Positions 61,130-64,000 of a DNA stretch of 64,000 nt are shown here, piece by piece. Location: positions 856,613 through 920,612 of the forward strand of contig CM082588.2 of the NCBI GenBank assembly GCA_040954595.2, given 5' to 3'. The stretch comes from Balanoglossus misakiensis (lineage: Eukaryota; Animalia; Hemichordata). Made by a program: the position numbers and the translations under genes. The notes below the pieces were generated by a model, which was given only the letters and a program-made list of their open reading frames with translations, was not told the DNA's origin and ran no database searches. The first letter of the stretch is position 1. Each line of letters begins with the position of its first letter.

Positions 61130-62645
61130 ACAGTGTCTAGCCACCATTCTGGTCGAAATGGACCAATCCATCTTTTTATACTTATTGGAAATATTTCCAC
61201 AAGCTACTTCTGATTTCTGATTGGTTCTAGCATCACAGAATAATTTGTGAAATTTTATATTTTTATGTGCAAAGATAAATCTACTGTGTCTTTTTTTTAA
61301 AAAGCGACACTTTTAGAAACTATAGAATTGTTTGTATTGCTGAGCATTGCAGATAATGGTTGCTTGCTTGGGACTGCATAATACTTTTTGATTGTTTGAA
61401 TTAATTATGATCTTGCTTTTGAAAATGTGCAAACAAATACTGTGTACATGTACTTGTAAGGCTTCCATGGAATCAAGTGTTTAATTTTTAAAAATCTTGT
61501 TATTTTTACTTTGTGCCTTTTTCACACTGACCTGACATCCAGACATACCTTTTAGAAGTGAGTTTATGGTATCACAGAACCTGTCACTTTGGTTCATTTT
61601 TGTTCAGTGTTTTCAGCTTCCTGGTGACTGTATTTCATAACTACTTTCTGATGCTTGTTGAAATGCTCAGTATTTTCTTGGTGCACACTGACAATATATA
61701 CAGTACAAGATATAATATTTGTTGTTTTTGTTGAAAAAATGAATTGAAGTTGGGCCATACAGTCCAACTCTGAGCTGTTCAACTAGCATACAACAAGTAG
61801 CTATAGAATACAGATGTTTGAATGCATGTGATAAAATACTGAGAAAAATATCCAAAGTGACTGACACTTTAAGAAGTTAATGTTCAATGGTATGTACATT
61901 ATACCATCACATACCCATGGCCTTAAATAGTGCTTCTCTCACATGACATGAAATGTCTAAGATGAACCAGAGATCAATAGTCAGTTTTGTTTCACTCTTA
62001 GCAAAATATTCCCAAGTTGGAAAAACTCCAACTTTAAACAAATCTAGTTGTAGCTCTGTACAGAGCGTGATAGTAACAAAGAATTGTACAGGATATCTCT
62101 GGTCTCTCTGGAGATTGATAATTGTAAAGAGTGTCAGCAGCATAGAACATGTATCTCTCAAGCTGTGTATTTGTGTATAGGATAGCTAATACAGGATAAT
62201 TCTAAGGGCTGATGACTATACAGGCCATCTACAGGATACAGGTATCTTGAAAGCCTAAGGATTATGTAATAGTACCACAAGACAACTCTGGAGACTGACA
62301 ATTTTATAGGACTATCTCTAGAGCTTGGTGATCTCTGTGGCAACATCTCAGTACTCTTGCCAAATATTTTTACCTGTGACAGTTTATTTCAAGTTATGTA
62401 TGGGCAAAGAACAATATTATGCAGGAAGCTGAGTTCTGATGACTTAACTGTGCTGTCATGCGTTACCTGCATGATACAAAACATTTTTTATAATCAAAGG
62501 TTTTCCTGTTACTGAAATATTTGATGCAGACAGAATTTCTCCAGTGATAATGGTTCCAATGCTGAAGGACATGGGCATGTGACTTTTTGATGATTACAGG
62601 ATATCTTTGCTTGGTAGGATTGGTGTCTTGCCAGCTCTGTCTTAA

Positions 62646-62730
62646 CCCTTTCACCCCCAGTTTCCTCAAAAGAGGTCCAATGTTACCATAGAAACCTATG
62701 GATTTGGACCAAACCATGGTGGTGAAAGGG
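62646..62730. mobile_element. 85-bp TTAA-flanked MITE downstream of TAB
   Basis: TTAA-CCCTTTCACCCCCAG...CCATGGTGGTGAAAGGG-TTAA; TTAA at 62642-62645 and 62731-62734. Confidence 0.92.
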
Positions 62731-64000
62731 TTAATCAGGCTGATGACGTTACAAGACAGTCGTGATGTCCCGTAACAGTTGGTATAATGTCAATCCTATC
62801 CAGTTCTGGTATAATTCTGTATAGATCATATTGCATACCAATAATCCACATCAATATGTAATGAATATTTTAATAATGTACAACAATTTCAGACCAGTCT
62901 GTACCTTGATACAGTTCATAATCATATGACTTTCTACTCTGGTCAATTTTCACATATGGATGTGTTTACTTCCATTGTTTGCTCTTATATATTTACTGCA
63001 GCAAAATTTGTTATTTATCATGAGCAAACGGGACAATATCCACTAAGATGACATTATTAAAATAATAAAATTTGACAAGAAATCGAATTATGGTTTGTCC
63101 CTGCTAAGTTACATAATTAGGAACTTTCCATATCATTGTCTGATTTGTATGAAGTGTCAACATAATATATTTCAATGTACATGTATTGACTGGCCAACAG
63201 ACAGTCTCGCTATAAGAAGGGTTGAATAAATCTGTGAGGATTGGCCTTCTGAGGGCACTGCACATTACCCCTCTCCCCCCATTGTAACAAAGTGTTTACC
63301 AGTTGCTGAGAATGGAACCAGATCTTGTTACCACAGTTGACATTACCACTCAACTGAACGGTGACACAGTAATTGGAGGGACTATGCAGTAATTGTCCTG
63401 TTTATCCCATTTTTTAAAAATAAAAAAAACTGAATACAATGTAAATGGAACAAGAAATCAACGATACCGTTCTGTAGCAATGAAGTGACCCTCTCACAAC
63501 TAGGTAATAAATTTTTTTCAAGAAAACTTCGGTTTGAGTGTGTGTCATGAATTTGTCAGAAATGGGACTGTGAGAGGCAGTCCATGATTGACAGAAAAAC
63601 AACAGAAATTAAACCATACCCCCCCCCCCCGAAAAAAAAACCATCCCCCAAAACAGAAACAAAAAGCAAACTTTTAATGACTGTGAAAATCATCCAGACA
63701 CTTTGACAATCATTGCCCTTTTACAATTGAAAAAAGCAACGCGAAAAAGTGATTCTTCACCTAAACGTTTCAGCACAACACAGAACCTGCAAAAACCACA
63801 CCTGTTATACTTATGCAAATAGAAAAATTAACATAACAAAAGCATGGAACCGTTAGTTGCAAATTGACCTGACCTCATTTCAGGTCATCATGCCGTCGTC
63901 GCCGTCATCGTGGGATTTCGTTTGGTTCCAATCCAGTCAATATTTGGACGATTTGTAAGTAAAGGAACGGTCAAATGAGAACTTTTTAAAAGTATCAAGA

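Noticed and set aside
63880-64000. Possible last coding exon of a minus-strand gene at the right edge
   Set aside because: Only ~20 open codons, no good acceptor and no recognisable motif; cannot be supported.

Overview
AT-rich, intron-containing animal genomic DNA with short GT-AG introns. It is probably from a marine invertebrate, plausibly a non-vertebrate deuterostome, but that cannot be proven from this window. Hand-splicing gives, left to right: two tandem homogentisate 1,2-dioxygenase genes (HGD-A canonical, HGD-B divergent; both minus strand), CRYZL1 (-), intersectin (+), ATP5PO/OSCP (-), MRPS6 (+), an intronless orphan class A GPCR (+), a Spot14/MID1IP1-family gene (+), a 3-exon small secreted peptide precursor missed by the ORF track (-), an orphan ~725-aa disordered protein (+), CHMP1B (-) and TAB2/3 (+). 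CRYZL1-ITSN-ATP5PO-MRPS6 matches the human 21q22.11 order and orientation. The best candidate for new biology is HGD-B. It is an intact paralog that keeps the His/Glu/His iron triad but has a rebuilt substrate pocket and lid loop, while parts of its N-terminal half, introns included, are nearly identical to HGD-A (patchy gene conversion). Also seen: two U12 minor introns, a split-codon short/long intersectin switch, an 85-bp TTAA-flanked MITE family and TAG...CTA hairpin elements with 9-10 bp target duplications. All translations and alignments were done by eye; no database searches were run.
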